DNA of 63,914 nt, the filler included, from Chiloscyllium plagiosum (lineage: Eukaryota): the NCBI RefSeq assembly GCF_004010195.1. It is 4 parts of one record of this genome, joined end to end, with 100 filler letters (N's around TTAATTAATTAA, not from the genome) between each part and the next. Parts side by side here need not be neighbours in the genome. Positions count along the whole stretch, not along the records: positions 1 to 24,914 come from NC_057715.1; 3 more parts are not named here. One strand, given 5' to 3'. Made by a program: the position numbers and the translations under genes. This document shows, piece by piece, positions 1-12,250 of this stretch (positions are counted from its first letter, which is position 1; each line of letters opens with the position of its first letter). The notes below the pieces were generated by a model that did no database searches, was not told the origin of the DNA, and saw only the letters and a list, made by a program, of their open reading frames with translations.

Positions 1-790
1 TCCCTGTTCGGCCCCTTGCATTGAAATAAATGTAGTTTAATTTATTAGTCCTACCTTGTCCCTGCCTGCCCTGACTGTTCGACTCACTTCTCTTCTCAGC
101 TGTAACCGTCTCAGATCCATCTCTTTCCTCACTATCTCCCTGGGTCCCACACCCCCACCTTACTAGTTTAAGTCCTCCCAAGCAGTTCTAGCAAATTTCC
201 CTGCCAGTATATTAGTCCACTTCCAATTTAGGTGCAATCTGTCCTTCTTGTACAGGTCACTTCTACCCCAAAAGAGATTCCAATGATCCAAAAATGTGAA
301 TCCTTCTCCCATACACCAGCTTCTCAGCCATGCATTCATCTGCTCTATCCTCCTATTCCTGCCCTGACTAGCTCGTATCACTGGGAGTAATCCAGATATT
401 ACTACCCTTGAGGACCTCCTTTTTAAATCTCTGCCTAACTCTCTGTAATCTCCCTTCAGAGTCTCAATCTGTTCCCTTCCAATGTCGTTGGTTCCAATGT
501 GGACCATGACTTCCTGCTGGCCCCTCTCCCCCGCGAGAACATTCTGCACCCTCTCTGAGACTTCCTTGATCCTGGCACCAGGAAACCAACACACCATTCT
601 GCTTTTTCTCTGATGGCCACAGAAATGTCTGTCTGTACTACTGACTACAGAATCCCCTAACACAATTGATCTCTTGGAAGCCGACGTACCCCTCGTTGCA
701 TTAGAGCCAGTCTCAATACCAGAAACTTGGCTGTTCGTGCTATGTACCCCTGAGAATTCATCACCCCCTACATTTTCCAAAACAGCATTG
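1..790 (-). mobile_element. CR1/HER1-type LINE fragment, ORF1 SGNH/GDSL esterase region
   Basis: ORF 163..780 has the esterase blocks GDS...FPGAR...HIGTNDIG...DRLHLN typical of CR1 ORF1p. Confidence 0.85.
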
Positions 791-1915
791 TTTGTAAAAT
801 ATATAAATTATTTGGATGGAAATGTTGGTGGTCTGATAAGTAAGTTTGCAGATGACACAAAGTTGTAGATTTGTGGATAAAGTGGAAGGTTATCAAAGGA
901 TACAGCACCATGTAGCTCAGTTGGAAAATTAGATGGAGAAATGGCAATCCATGTTCAGATTGCTGGTATCATGACTGCAGATCTCCAAATTGGAAGGGGT
1001 ATACAGGCTTTTCAACAGTCCAACAATCTGTCTCCTACAAACCTTTAGGATTACTGATGCACTGATATTGTGGAGATGAATTGACAGTGTCCCTCTGAAG
1101 AAATGGCAGATATAGTTTAACCTAGACAAGTGTGAGGTGATGCATTTTGGGAATCAAACACAAGAGAAAAGTATACAGTAAGTGGCAAGACCTTTAGGAG
1201 TATTAATATACAGTGGAATCTTGAGGACCAAGTCCATAGCTCCCTGAAAGTCATAAAATAAGTGGATACGATGGTAAACAAGGCAGGCACCATGCCAGCC
1301 TTCAATGGCTGGGGCATTTAGTACAAAAGTTAGCAAGCCATGTTGCAGCTGCATAAGACTTTAGTTAGGCCACATTTGCAATACTGTGCAGTTCTGCTTG
1401 CCTCACTATAGGAAGGATGTGAAAGCTTTGGAGAAAGTGCAAAAGAGATTTCCCAGAATGTTCCCTGCATTGGAGTGTATTAGCTACAAGGAAAAATTGG
1501 ACAAACTTGGATTGATTTTGCTAGTGCATTGGAGGTTGAAGGATGACCTGATGTGTGTGTATATAAATATATATATTATATATAGTCATGAGAGGCATAA
1601 ATGGGGTGAATAATTATAACGTTTTTCCCAAGGTTGAAATGCCAAAGACTAGGTGACATAAGGTTAACGTAAAGGGGAAAAGTTTAAAGGAGATGCACAA
1701 GGAAGGTTTTTTTACACAGAGGGCAACAGCTCCCTTGCAAATGCTGGGATGGAAGCTGGTAGAAGCAAATATAATAGCAGTATTTAACAGGCATTTAGAT
1801 AGACACAGGAACAGAAAGTGGATAGACAAATGCAGGCAAATGGCATTAGTTTAGAATCTCAACATGGTCAACACAGATATGGTGGACTTAAGGACCTCTT
1901 CCTCTGCTTCACTTC
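791..1915 (+). mobile_element. Decayed CR1 LINE 3' part (RT and C-terminus)
   Basis: YINYLDGNVGGLISKFADDTKL and QFCLPHYRKDVKALEKVQKRF; frameshifted. Confidence 0.85.
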
Positions 1916-2454
1916 TCCTTGCTCAAAGGCCTATCAGAGTTTGAAGGTGCGTTCTATTTTGTATTCTCTAAGTAAGAATGCATTGAAGCCCACATTTGAG
2001 CTGGGAAGTTCACAAATATGAGGTATTGAAGGAGAGTTGAAGTTTTGCTAAGCCATGTGCAAATGGAAGGAGCCCAGTAAAGCTGACGCTTAAAATACTT
2101 GGAAAAGAACAGAAACAACAGGGAGAATCAAATTGAATTTGATAGCTATGGAATATATTGGTTTGGTCCTGCATATCTCTATTTTGTCTGTCACTGTGTG
2201 GACTTCTGAGGTCCCTGCATGGCAGCACCTTCCAGAAATAAATCAATGTGTTGCATACTGATCAATTTGCATGGTTTGGTCCCAGGAAAAGTGAATGAAC
2301 ATTGAAGATTCTGTAAAGTATAGGGAATACTTAGTGGAAGATAAGTTTGACATACTGTTGCAATTTTCATTACCAATTTGATTTCCAAATATAGTGTTAA
2401 ACTAATAATGCTTGCTTTGTATGACTCTCATACAGTATATGATTGTTTGTTTTA

Positions 2455-5232
2455 TATTTATTTGTGGAATATGGGGCATTGTTAGTTAGACCAGTGTTTC
2501 CTATATATTCCTAATAGCCCTGCAGAAGGTAAGGTGAGGTGCCTTCTTGAATTGCTTTATCCCTTAGTGTAGGAATATCACAGTGCTGATAGGGAGCGTT
2601 CAAAGATTTTGAATATGACAGTGAAATAACAACAATAAAATTTAGAATCAGGATAATGTGTGGTGTGGAGGGGTATGTGCAGATACTGGTGCTTCCTTGT
2701 CCTTGTCTTTCTACATGGAAGAGAATTGGGGATTTGGAAGGAGCTACTCGAGGAGCCTTGGTGAATTACTGCAGTGCATGTTGTGTATATCACTGCCATT
2801 GTACATCAGTGGTGAAAGGAACAAACGTTGAAGGTGGTGGGTGGGGTACCAACCAAGTGAGTTGCCTTTTCCTTGATGGTGTCAATCTTAGTGAGCGTTA
2901 ATGGCACTATACACATTCAAGCAAGTGAAGAATATTGTGCTTTATGGATAGTAGACAGGCACTGCAAAGCTAGGAGCTAAATTACTTGCCACCGAATTCC
3001 CAACTTGCTTATGAAGCCACAGTACTTATATGACCAATCCAGTTCAGTTTCTGGTCAATGGTAACCTCATCATATTGATTAATGGGAAATTCAGCTATTA
3101 ATATCATTGAAGATTGTAAGATTCTGTCCTTATGGAGGGAAGGTCATTGGTCAAACAGCTGAACCTGGTTAAACTTGAGACACTATCCTGAGGAACTTAA
3201 GAGTTCTTGTGGCACAGTGGTATTGCCCCTGCTTCTAGAGCCAGAAGGCCTGGGGTTGTCTCCAACCTGATCCAGAGATATGTCATAACATCCTTTGACA
3301 GGTTGCTTAGATTAGTGTTTATAAATTCTGCGTTGGTATTCCTTCCCTCTCTCATACTATGCCTGAGGAAGGAGCAGAGCTCTGAAAGCTTGAGTTTTCA
3401 AATAAACCTGTTGGACTGTAACCTGGCGTTATGTGATTTTGACTTTGTCCAACCCAGTCTAACATCGGCACCTCCACAACAGAAAATATCTACCCTGAGG
3501 AACTCCTGTAGTGATGTCATAGAACGGGCATGATTGACTCCAAACAACTACAGCCATTTGCTTCTGTGGTTGGTATGATTCTAATCAAAGGAGAAATTCC
3601 ATCCCTATCCCAACCAATTCTCATTGAGTCCAATTTTTCTTGGCTCCTTAATGCCATACTTAATTAAATAGTTGATTGAGTAGTCCAGGAGCCATGGAAA
3701 AGGGCAGTCTTATCTTTCCTCTGCAGATCTGATTTTCTGTCTATCTTTGTTCAAAGGCTGAAATGAAATCAGGCACCAAATGACCCTGGCAGAACCCAAA
3801 CTCAGTGTCAGTGAACAGTTTTCCTTAATAAATGCTGCTTGATAGCATTGTCGATAACTCCTTCAGTCACTTAGTTAATGATCAAGAGATGATTGGATTC
3901 GATGTGTCCTCCTTTTTCTGCATTGGACATACTGAGGCAATTTTCCACATTATCAGGTAGACCCCAGGTGGGTAGCTGTACTGGACTAGCTTGGCTAGGC
4001 ATGCAGCTACTTCTGAATGTAAATCTTTGTTACAATTTCAGGTATGCCTGATGCTGCTCTTGGTTGTTCTCTTTAAACCAGGGTTAATCTCCCAGCTTCA
4101 AGATAATTGTAAAGCAGTGGACATGCTGGGCCATGAGGTTACTGATTGTAGTTTATAGCAATTTTGCTGGTGTTCATGGCCCACATCACTTTGTACATAC
4201 CCAGTTTTAAGTTGCTCAAAGTTTTTCCCAGTCAGCACAGTGGTAGTACCACATAACATGATGAAGGGCATCTTCAATGTGAAGTCAGGACTTTCATCTA
4301 TTCAAGGACTGTGCAGTGAACTTCCTATAGATATTGTTATGGACATATGCCATGAAGATTGACGGGGTCAAGGTAAATATTTTCCTTTTGTTGGCTCCCT
4401 CACCAGTTCACAAAACTAGTCTGGCATTTGTATCTTTTAGGACCCAGCCAGTTCAGTCAGTAGTGGTGAAACAGAACTCGTCCTCATGATGGACATTGAA
4501 GTGCCTGCCCATATTACATTTTCTTCCTTTGCTACTTATAGTGCTACCTCCAAATGGTGTTCAATGTAAAGATGTTCAGATTCATTTGAAAGGACTTATC
4601 AGCAGGAGTTTCCTTTCTCATTTTTGACTTGATGACATAAGAGGTTATGGGGCCCAGTATCAACATTAATGACTCCAAGGCTAATCCCTTCCTGACTGCA
4701 AACTGGTGTGCCACAACCTCTGGTAGGTCTGTAATATTAGCTGGTTAGGACATGACCCAAGATGGTAATGGTGCTGTCTGGGGATATTGTCATTCTCATT
4801 GAAACATACCTTATGAACAGTGTCAAGCTATTAATTATCTAGTCTCTGAGAAAGCTCTCACAAATTTGGAACAAGCCCTCAGATGTTGGTAAGGAGGGCT
4901 TTTTAATATTGACACGGCTGTGTTTGGTTTTGTCAGTTCAGGTACCTAGGTCGATGCCAGATGGTCCATGTGTTTTCATTTTTTTCTTTAGACTTTGTCG
5001 TGGTTTGATATCACTGACTAGCTTCTTAGAAGACACTTAAGGGTCAACCACGTTGATGTAAGTCTAGAGACATGTGTACACTGGTTACCTGGTCACAACC
5101 ATGCTTTTAATTCTAGATTTTATTGCTTTCAAATGTCACCATCTGCAATACTGGGATTCACACCCATGTCACCAAAATCTTATCTTAGGGTTTTGAATTG
5201 CTAGTCTAGTGACATTACCAGTGTACTACCGC
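2455..5232 (-). mobile_element. Decayed CR1-group (Crack/L2-like) single-ORF LINE with tRNA-like 5' head
   Basis: 3' tail at ~2455-2550; RT-region similarity to the copy at 28179-28430; APE remnants (NVIWAG.FNVHH ~4485-4525, NI.GLVP ~4865-4890); tRNA-like head at ~5030-5232. Confidence 0.65.
3350..3480 (+). mobile_element. Penelope-like 3' terminus with minimal hammerhead-like core
   Basis: CTGAGGA-AGGAGC-AGA-GCTCT-GAAAGCT starting at 3363, then AAATAAACCTGTTGGACT...; same family as 9200-9325 and 31101-31215. Confidence 0.7.
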
Positions 5233-5412
5233 ATGACATTTTGTGGCATAGTTCATTCAGTTGCTAACTGGAGTTTGAACTTACTTTTGATAGTTGTTGA
5301 TCTTCATTTGGGTCATAACAAACTTTGTGGGTAGATGAACCTCTGTACTTTTAATCTAAAACCCAATGTGTTGGGGAAAACAGTCAAGTTCACAACTTTT
5401 TTAAAAATATAA

Positions 5413-5610
5413 AACAAAGGACTGTGGATGCTGGAGATCTGAAACAAAATCAGAAATTGCTGGTGAAACTCAGCAGATATGGCAACATCTGTGGGAAGAA
5501 AGCAGAGTTAACATTTTGTGTCCAGTTCTGATGAAAAGTCATTGGACTTGAAGTGTTAATTCTGCTTTCTTCTCACAAATGCTGCTAGACCTGCTGAGTG
5601 TTTTATTTTC
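5413..5610. mobile_element. Old Penelope-like fold-back mini-element
   Basis: Imperfect inverted arms ~5469-5512 and ~5555-5598, with a degenerate CTGATGA...GAA core at 5528. Confidence 0.6.
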
Positions 5611-6949
5611 AAGAGTTTGTTGTAACATTGATAATCTTTTAAACATCAGAACCTGCTTGCCTTATGTTAAATCAGTGCTCAAAAATGTAGTTGATCATTG
5701 ATGATGAACAGCGATCAATACATTGCTCCTCTTATAACCAGTCAGTAACATATTCACAAACTCATCCTATAACTTCCAAGCTGCTCTCGCACTGTTCAGA
5801 CTTGAATAGCTTTTTTCTGAAAATTGCTCCTGCTGGTTAGTTGTCTCATTTTAATTCATGCAGACTCCTTTTAAACCTTATTTTTGAAGAAGCTATATAC
5901 TGTGTAGTGCTAGCGCTGCTGTTTTATTGTTGTCTGTTTCAGCTGTCACTGCTATCTACTATTGCTACATCTGCTACTAGCACTCTTCCTGCTAAACATG
6001 CATTTCTTAAAACTATGAAAAAAATTACACTGGTGAGAACAATTGCAGCAGACTCTCCCCAAATCTTTCTTTCATATTGTAACAATCTCATGTCAGTTCA
6101 TGAATAGTCCATTAGATATGTAGAGTTTTTTGATGAGGAGGTTCCTGGTTATGATATAAGTTAGATTTTGTTCATATCAAGGAAAATGATGGCACATTCA
6201 AATGCAGAAACTCCAATCTGTAGATATTATTTACAGTACTGAAATCTGTAGGTGCATACTCGTTGTGTGGTCAGATGTTGTCCATTTATTAACTCAGATA
6301 TTGAAAATGTCACATATTATGCCTATTTAATTTAAGGTCTGTAGGCTGCTGGAAGGCAAAATGTGAACAATTTTTGAAAGAAAATCCATTGCAAATAGTC
6401 TTCTTTTGTATTACGTCTTTTGGTGTACAGGGGCTTTTAGATATTGGTTCTTTTTAAGTTAAATGTGTTCTTGATAAAGGACCTGCTACCCTCTATCAGA
6501 ATGACAGCAAATGCATACTCTCAATGCCTATGCGGTTGTCTCCCAGACACGGAATCCTGGTTGCTGCTACCCATTTCAATGTGCTTCTGTACAAACCCAG
6601 GCACTCAAGCTATTGGAGGTCATCCTGCAAGACGGTCTGCCCAAGTGAATATTAGCAACCATCCACCAGTGTTGGAGTAGCATTGGGTAGGATCTATGAA
6701 ACAGGAAAAGATAACCTGACCACAGGCATCAGAAGAATGCACAAAGGCGAAGAGTTAATTTTACTTTTGATGCATTGTTTGATAAAGTAGTGACAGAAAG
6801 ACATTTGTTGCCAACTTACGTTGCAGGAATTTCATCAACAGGATGCTGTCGTCATTGCAGATGGATGGAAAGATCATGAATTGTGGAGCTACGATGATTA
6901 AAACATGATCTTCAAAAGGATTTGGACTATAAGTAAACACTCATCCACC

Positions 6950-7320
6950 AATCCAAAGATTCATTCCCTTCACACTGATGCATAGTATCAGCAGTGTGTA
7001 CTATATATAGATTGACTGATATAAAGCACCCAGAGTTACTTTAATGGCCCTTTCCAAATTTGTGCCGTCTACCACCTAAAAGGATAAGGACAGCAGGTGT
7101 ATGGGGACTCTACTACCTAAAAATTGCTTATATACCATCCTTTATTGCCATTTCCTTTACTTATTGAATCATTTGCCTCAAGCTACTTTTCTAACTGCAT
7201 TGTGGGTTTACCTACACCACGTAGACTTCACCAGTTCAAAGTATCTCAGCACCTTTTCAGGGGCAGTTACAAATGGGTCTTGTTAAAAATGGCAACATTC
7301 CATGAAAGAATTTTAAAAAT
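6950..7320 (+). mobile_element. 3' end of the CR1-group single-ORF LINE
   Basis: Reverse-complement similarity to 2455-2800 and to the shared tail. Confidence 0.5.
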
Positions 7321-7759
7321 TCAGATGAAAGAATACAACACACTTTAAATAGTCAGTAGAATAAGGATATACCTCATGTGGTTACAAGCACTCGCCTTAC
7401 ACCCCAGAGAAATGTAGGACCACTTTTAATCCCTCAATTTTCCATCTCCCAGATTCCTGCAATAAACAACTAGTGTTACAGAGAAGTGAAATGAGCAAAG
7501 AACAGACATTAAAGAATTTCTGTCAGTGATTTCAGCATTGAGAAATAAAAAGGCCATTCAATCATTCGTGTATATGATATGAAATAAGGAGGTGTTTCTT
7601 CCCATTGATTTTAGTTTTCATACTCTTGGTTATGTATGTTATCCATGACTTGTAGTTTTTTGGGGGTAATCAGAGGAGATAAAAGGAGAGGCTCAAATAA
7701 TAGCTAGGACTGTTGTTGTCTGAGGATGGGGAGGATTTGCTTAGGAGAATCCATCCTCA

Positions 7760-8900
7760 ATGCTTTGTCAACTTACAACTCTGGCAGCACTGTTTGACTT
7801 GGGTCTTCCTCATCATCTCTTTCTTCCTTCTCTCTATTTTTAGCTTCCTCCTCATTCTCCACTTGTTTCTTGATAGAAAGCTGTAAGAGTTGAATTCTGA
7901 ATCGCATAGCTGTGTAGCAGGCAGCAAACCACTAGAAATTGGGAGAGTCAATCTGGGTGATAACAATCACATACTAGCTGTCCTTGAAATTCCATTGTAA
8001 TGTAATGGCAGAGGAGTAATAATCTCCTCACATGGAGAGCGCTGATCCTGTTGAGTGTAGGTCCTGTACTATTGGGTCACAAAGAAGATCTTGGGCAATA
8101 TTGGTGACAGCACTGATGTTGTGCTATTTATCCTTTTCAGGCAAAACCTGTCAAGCCCAAACCCCCAAAAATCTTCTGCAATGTTTGTTTTCTGAATAGG
8201 ACAGTTCATGTTGTTTTTTCTCTGCTGGGGCATAAGATGCTGTGGTATGTTCAACAAAACTGTAAACAACTGATGAAGCATTGATTTCAGTATACCATTG
8301 ACTATCTGCATTACAGTCAGTTGCCAAGCAGTTTTGTATAGCTGCTCTTTGCCCACAAAGGGAAGAGATATTTTGCTAAAGAGTAGGCAAGTGCACAGTT
8401 TCCTGTCAAAATAGTGCTTGCACTGAATCCCCAACCTGGGCATACTAGTTTCCAAATAGTGTTTACTTTGGTCTCGGTCTTTTATCTGACTCTTTTTAAG
8501 GGACATTGTCCCCAGATTGATTCAGGCACTTGAAACTTTGCTTGAGATTCTGCAGCAATTTGGTAGAAGGGTAAGGCATTTCTCTATCTTTGTGAAAAGG
8601 ACATCTGTCACCTGCTTGATGGCCCTATGTACAGTATACTGACTGATGTTACTGATATAATTTGTTGCAACCTGGAATAAAACTATGGCATACAAGTTTA
8701 CTTTCAGCTTCATATTATAGGTGGCATTTTGTGTGTTCTGGTGTTTGATTCTATGCAGCTGACATGGGTTAGTGACTGTCAACCTGCTGAAGTGCAGTAT
8801 CCTAATACAGTCCTTTGTCACGTTGAGGGGTAAAATCCCATTGCAAGTCATCCACATATTTACTTTTGCCTCTTGTCCACCTCTTTGAACATGGATAGGT
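7760..8900 (-). mobile_element. PIF/Harbinger (HARBI1-like) transposase remnant
   Basis: ORF 8522..8857 contains NLYAIVLFQVATNYISNISQYTVHRAIKQVTDVLF (HTH region); downstream YHPD*LSQFLVVCCLLHSYAIQ plus an acidic tail resembles the DDE_Tnp_4 C-terminus. Confidence 0.6.
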
Positions 8901-9199
8901 CTGTGCTACTGCACTTTCTGCTGCTGCTGTTAATGCTGTTGTGTTAATCAATGGTAAACACAACAGTATTTGCGTCTTTTGCAGCATTTCTGAATTAGTG
9001 AATTTGACAATTCTCAAAAAGATATTTAGCAGTAATGATTATCCAAACTCTACCAATAGATGGATCGACTGCTTCCAATAAATAATTATCCATAGACTGA
9101 TGGTAATGGAATTGGGAACACTTGAAATATCACTTCTTCATCTTTCTTTCTATTGTGACTATCCCAATTTTAACACTTGTAAAGCATATTCACTTCTAC

Positions 9200-9325
9200 A
9201 TACCTGACGAAGGAGCATTGCTCTGGAAACTTCTGATTTCAAATAAACCTATTGGACTATAACCTGGTGTCCTGTGACTTCTGACTTTGTTGCTCCCAAT
9301 CCAACACAGGCACCTCCACATCATC
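9200..9325 (+). mobile_element. Penelope-like 3' terminus with degenerate hammerhead-like core
   Basis: CTGACGA-AGGAGC-ATT-GCTCT-GGAAA at 9204, then AAATAAACCTATTGGACTATAACCTGGTG. Confidence 0.65.
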
Positions 9326-10139
9326 ATTATCTGAAGAAGAAAGTTTACAAGAAGAACAAAAAAGTATTTATACTTTCAACACTGATTAAGGTCCCCAAGA
9401 AGAGAAGATAGCACACCACTTTGGATCATAATTTGGTCTTCACATCCAATTTACACTTTTAAAGTTTATCACTGGTGCAAAGCCAGAACAAACTTGCACA
9501 AATGCTTGCCTTATAATGCAAATACAGCCAAAAAGAGCAGACTCTGGAGTAGAAATTAAGTTGAAGAAACAAGGCATGGATCTACATAAGAAGTTTTGCC
9601 CAAAATGCATAATAGTTCTGTATTTACAAATCACACTAATTAAGCTTCAATCTTGACTCTATTTTCTGGAATTTGGATGTAATTCACTTTTTCTTTCAGT
9701 AAATACTCCCATTAGTGTACTTTCTGTTTGGTGTTTATTGTTCAACTTTCACTTACACAGTGTGTCTATTTGTTTTGCTGATACATTATGCTCATGCCTT
9801 GCCTAGCCTGATTGCAGGCCTAACAGCTGCCCATAAATTGTAAAATATGAAGGCCTTGCATTACTGCCAAAGAATTTTCCCAGTTGTTGTATTAGACTTT
9901 TTGTGCTTAATGCAAAATTCCCTACATCTGTTTTAATACTGTAACTTGTTGTGCTGGAAGATAAGCCATCTCTGTATTAATGCCATATATCCTTCTATTC
10001 ACAAACAAAACTCACGATTGCATTCCAATTTGAAGTCGAGCTACTCATGCAAAAAATATAGAATCTCACCAAAAGATGCAAGGTTTTGGAATCACTTTGA
10101 GAAGCAATCTATAATTAAAATTATTTAAAACAGATAGAA

Positions 10140-10348
10140 TTCTTATTTTATTCAGAGGTGGGCATCACATCATCAATCACCCTCTCATTACAAATGCACA
10201 GCTCTTGACAATAGCACTGCGTCTCACTGAGTCAGGCATTTAGGACTCAATATCCCGACATTTATCAGATCTCCCTGATTGGACCAGATTCATAATGCCA
10301 ATCAGGGAACCCATATTCCAGCTGGCTGACCTTGTTCCAATCACTATA
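10140..10348 (-). mobile_element. Decayed Gypsy solo LTR
   Basis: Reverse complement begins TATAGTGATTGGAACAAGGTCAGCCAG, matching the LTR start TGTAGTGATTGGAATGAGATCAGCCAG at 24293. Confidence 0.65.
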
Positions 10349-10886
10349 TGTTTTTTTCATTATTTTATTCTTTGAAATGTGTCTATTGCTGGCAAGGTCA
10401 GCATTTTTGTCATTTCATAATTGCCCTTCAAGTGAGAGATTTCACTCAGTTGGGAGAGCTCCTGTCTTGCTGACTAATCAGAGGCCAGCTGCTCCATTGA
10501 ATGATAGTGCCAGTGGGGAGGTTGGCTGCTATTGGAGCATCAACCACCAGAGCCTCAGAATTGAGGAGGGACCCAGGCCACAGGTGGGGAAGGAATAGCA
10601 CAGTGGGTGTCACAGTCTGAAGGGTATAAGAGGTTTGGCAGTCAGGACTGACAGTTAGGTTCCATTTCTGATGTCAGGCAGGAGTGTCTTTAGCTGAGGG
10701 ATCCACTCAACCCACAGGGAGACACAAAAAGGTTTTACTTGTGAGGCACAATGTATGTCAATAGGCTCAGCTGTAACTGGATTAATTTCAGCAATGAGGG
10801 GATGAAACTGTGAAATGGTCATTATAGTGTGAGTTTACCTTCAAAGGGGTGTTTTACCTGATGGGACAATGCTTATGCTATCTTCC

Positions 10887-11521
10887 ATAGAACACAAAAC
10901 ATAGAACAGTACAGCACAGCACAGGCCGTTTGGCCTATGATGTTGTACTGAGCATTTATCTTAATCTAAGATCAACCTAACCTACACACCCCTCAATTTA
11001 CTGCCATCCATGTGCTTGTCCAGCAGTCGATGAAATGTCTCTAATGTCTCTGATTCTATGACCACTGCTGGCAGTGCATTCCATGCATCCACTACTCTCT
11101 GTGTAAAGAATCCACCTCTGACATCTCCCCTAAACCTTCCTCCAATCATCTTAAAATTATGACCCCTCTTGACAGCCATTTCTGCTCTGGGGACAGGTCT
11201 CTGGCTATCTAGTCTATGTATACCCCTCATTACCTTGTACACCTCTATCAAGTCACCTCTCTTCCTTCTTCACATCAGTATGAAAAGCCCTAGCTCACTC
11301 AACCTCTCTTCTTAAGAGAAGCCCTCCAATACAGGCAGCATCCTGGTAAATCTCCTCTGCACCCTCTCTAAAGCATCCACATCCTTCCTATAATGAGGTG
11401 ACCAGAACTAGATACAATATTCCAAGTGTGGTCTAACTAGGGTTTTATAGAGCTGCAGCAAAACCTCATAGCTCTTAAACTCAGTTCCCTTGTTAATGAA
11501 AGCCAAAACACCATATGCCTT
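10887..11521 (-). mobile_element. CR1 LINE 3' end (host of nested insertions)
   Basis: (CATAGAA)-like tail; ORF 10982..11251 IEVYKVMRG...FFTQRVVDAWNALP; the sequence resumes at 13839. Confidence 0.9.
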
Positions 11522-11610
11522 ATTTTTTTTGTATTTTTATTTTATTTTACAGAAGAATAGAGATAATACAACATCATTATATTACAATAATGTCAGCAGT
11601 AAACTATTTA

Positions 11611-12250
11611 TGTTGTGGTTCTGTTCGCCGAGCTGAGAATTTGTGTTGCAGATGTTTCGTCCCCTGTCTAGGTGACATCCTCAGTGCTTGGGAGCCTCCT
11701 GTGAAGTGCTTCTGTGATCTTTCTTCTGCCATTTGTAGTGGTTTGAATCTGCCGCTTAGGTTGTCAGTTCCAGCTGTCCGCTGCAGTGGCCGGTATATTG
11801 GGTCCAGGTCGATGTGCTTATTGATTGAATCTATGGATGAGTGCCATAGCTCTAGGAATTCCCTGGCTGTTCTCTGTTTGGTTGTCCTATAATTCAAGCA
11901 ACATGAATTCGACTGGGACAACACTACTATTATAGGACAAGCCAAACAGAGAACAGCCAGGGAATTCCTAGAGGCATGGCACTCATCCACAGATTCAATC
12001 AATAAGCACATTGACCTGGACCCAATATACCAACCACTGCAACGGACAGCTGGAACTGTCAACCGAAGCGGCAGATTCAAACCACTACAAATGGCGGAAG
12101 AAAGATCACAGAAGCGCTTCACAGGAGGCTCCCAAGCACTGAGGATATCACCTAGACAGGGAAACGAAACGTCTGCAACACAAATTCCCAGCTAGGCGAA
12201 AAGAATCACAACAACGAGCACCTGAGCTACAAATCTTCTCACAAACTTTG
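11611..12250 (+). mobile_element. Penelope-like element with inverted pseudo-LTRs
   Basis: Inverted arms 11611-11893 and 11929-12213; GIY-YIG C-terminus HEFDWDNTTIIGQAKQRTAREFLEAWHS; TSD AGTAAACTAT(T/C)TA at 11598-11610 and 12251-12263. Confidence 0.85.
12136..12176 (+). ncRNA. Minimal type I hammerhead ribozyme-like motif in PLE pseudo-LTR
   Basis: GCA-CTGAGGA-stem II-GAAAC-GTC-TGC, with GCA:TGC forming stem I; mirror copy on minus strand at 11648-11687. Confidence 0.65.

Noticed and set aside
163..780. SGNH esterase as a host enzyme gene
   Set aside because: Standard CR1 ORF1 domain in LINE context, with substituted motif residues
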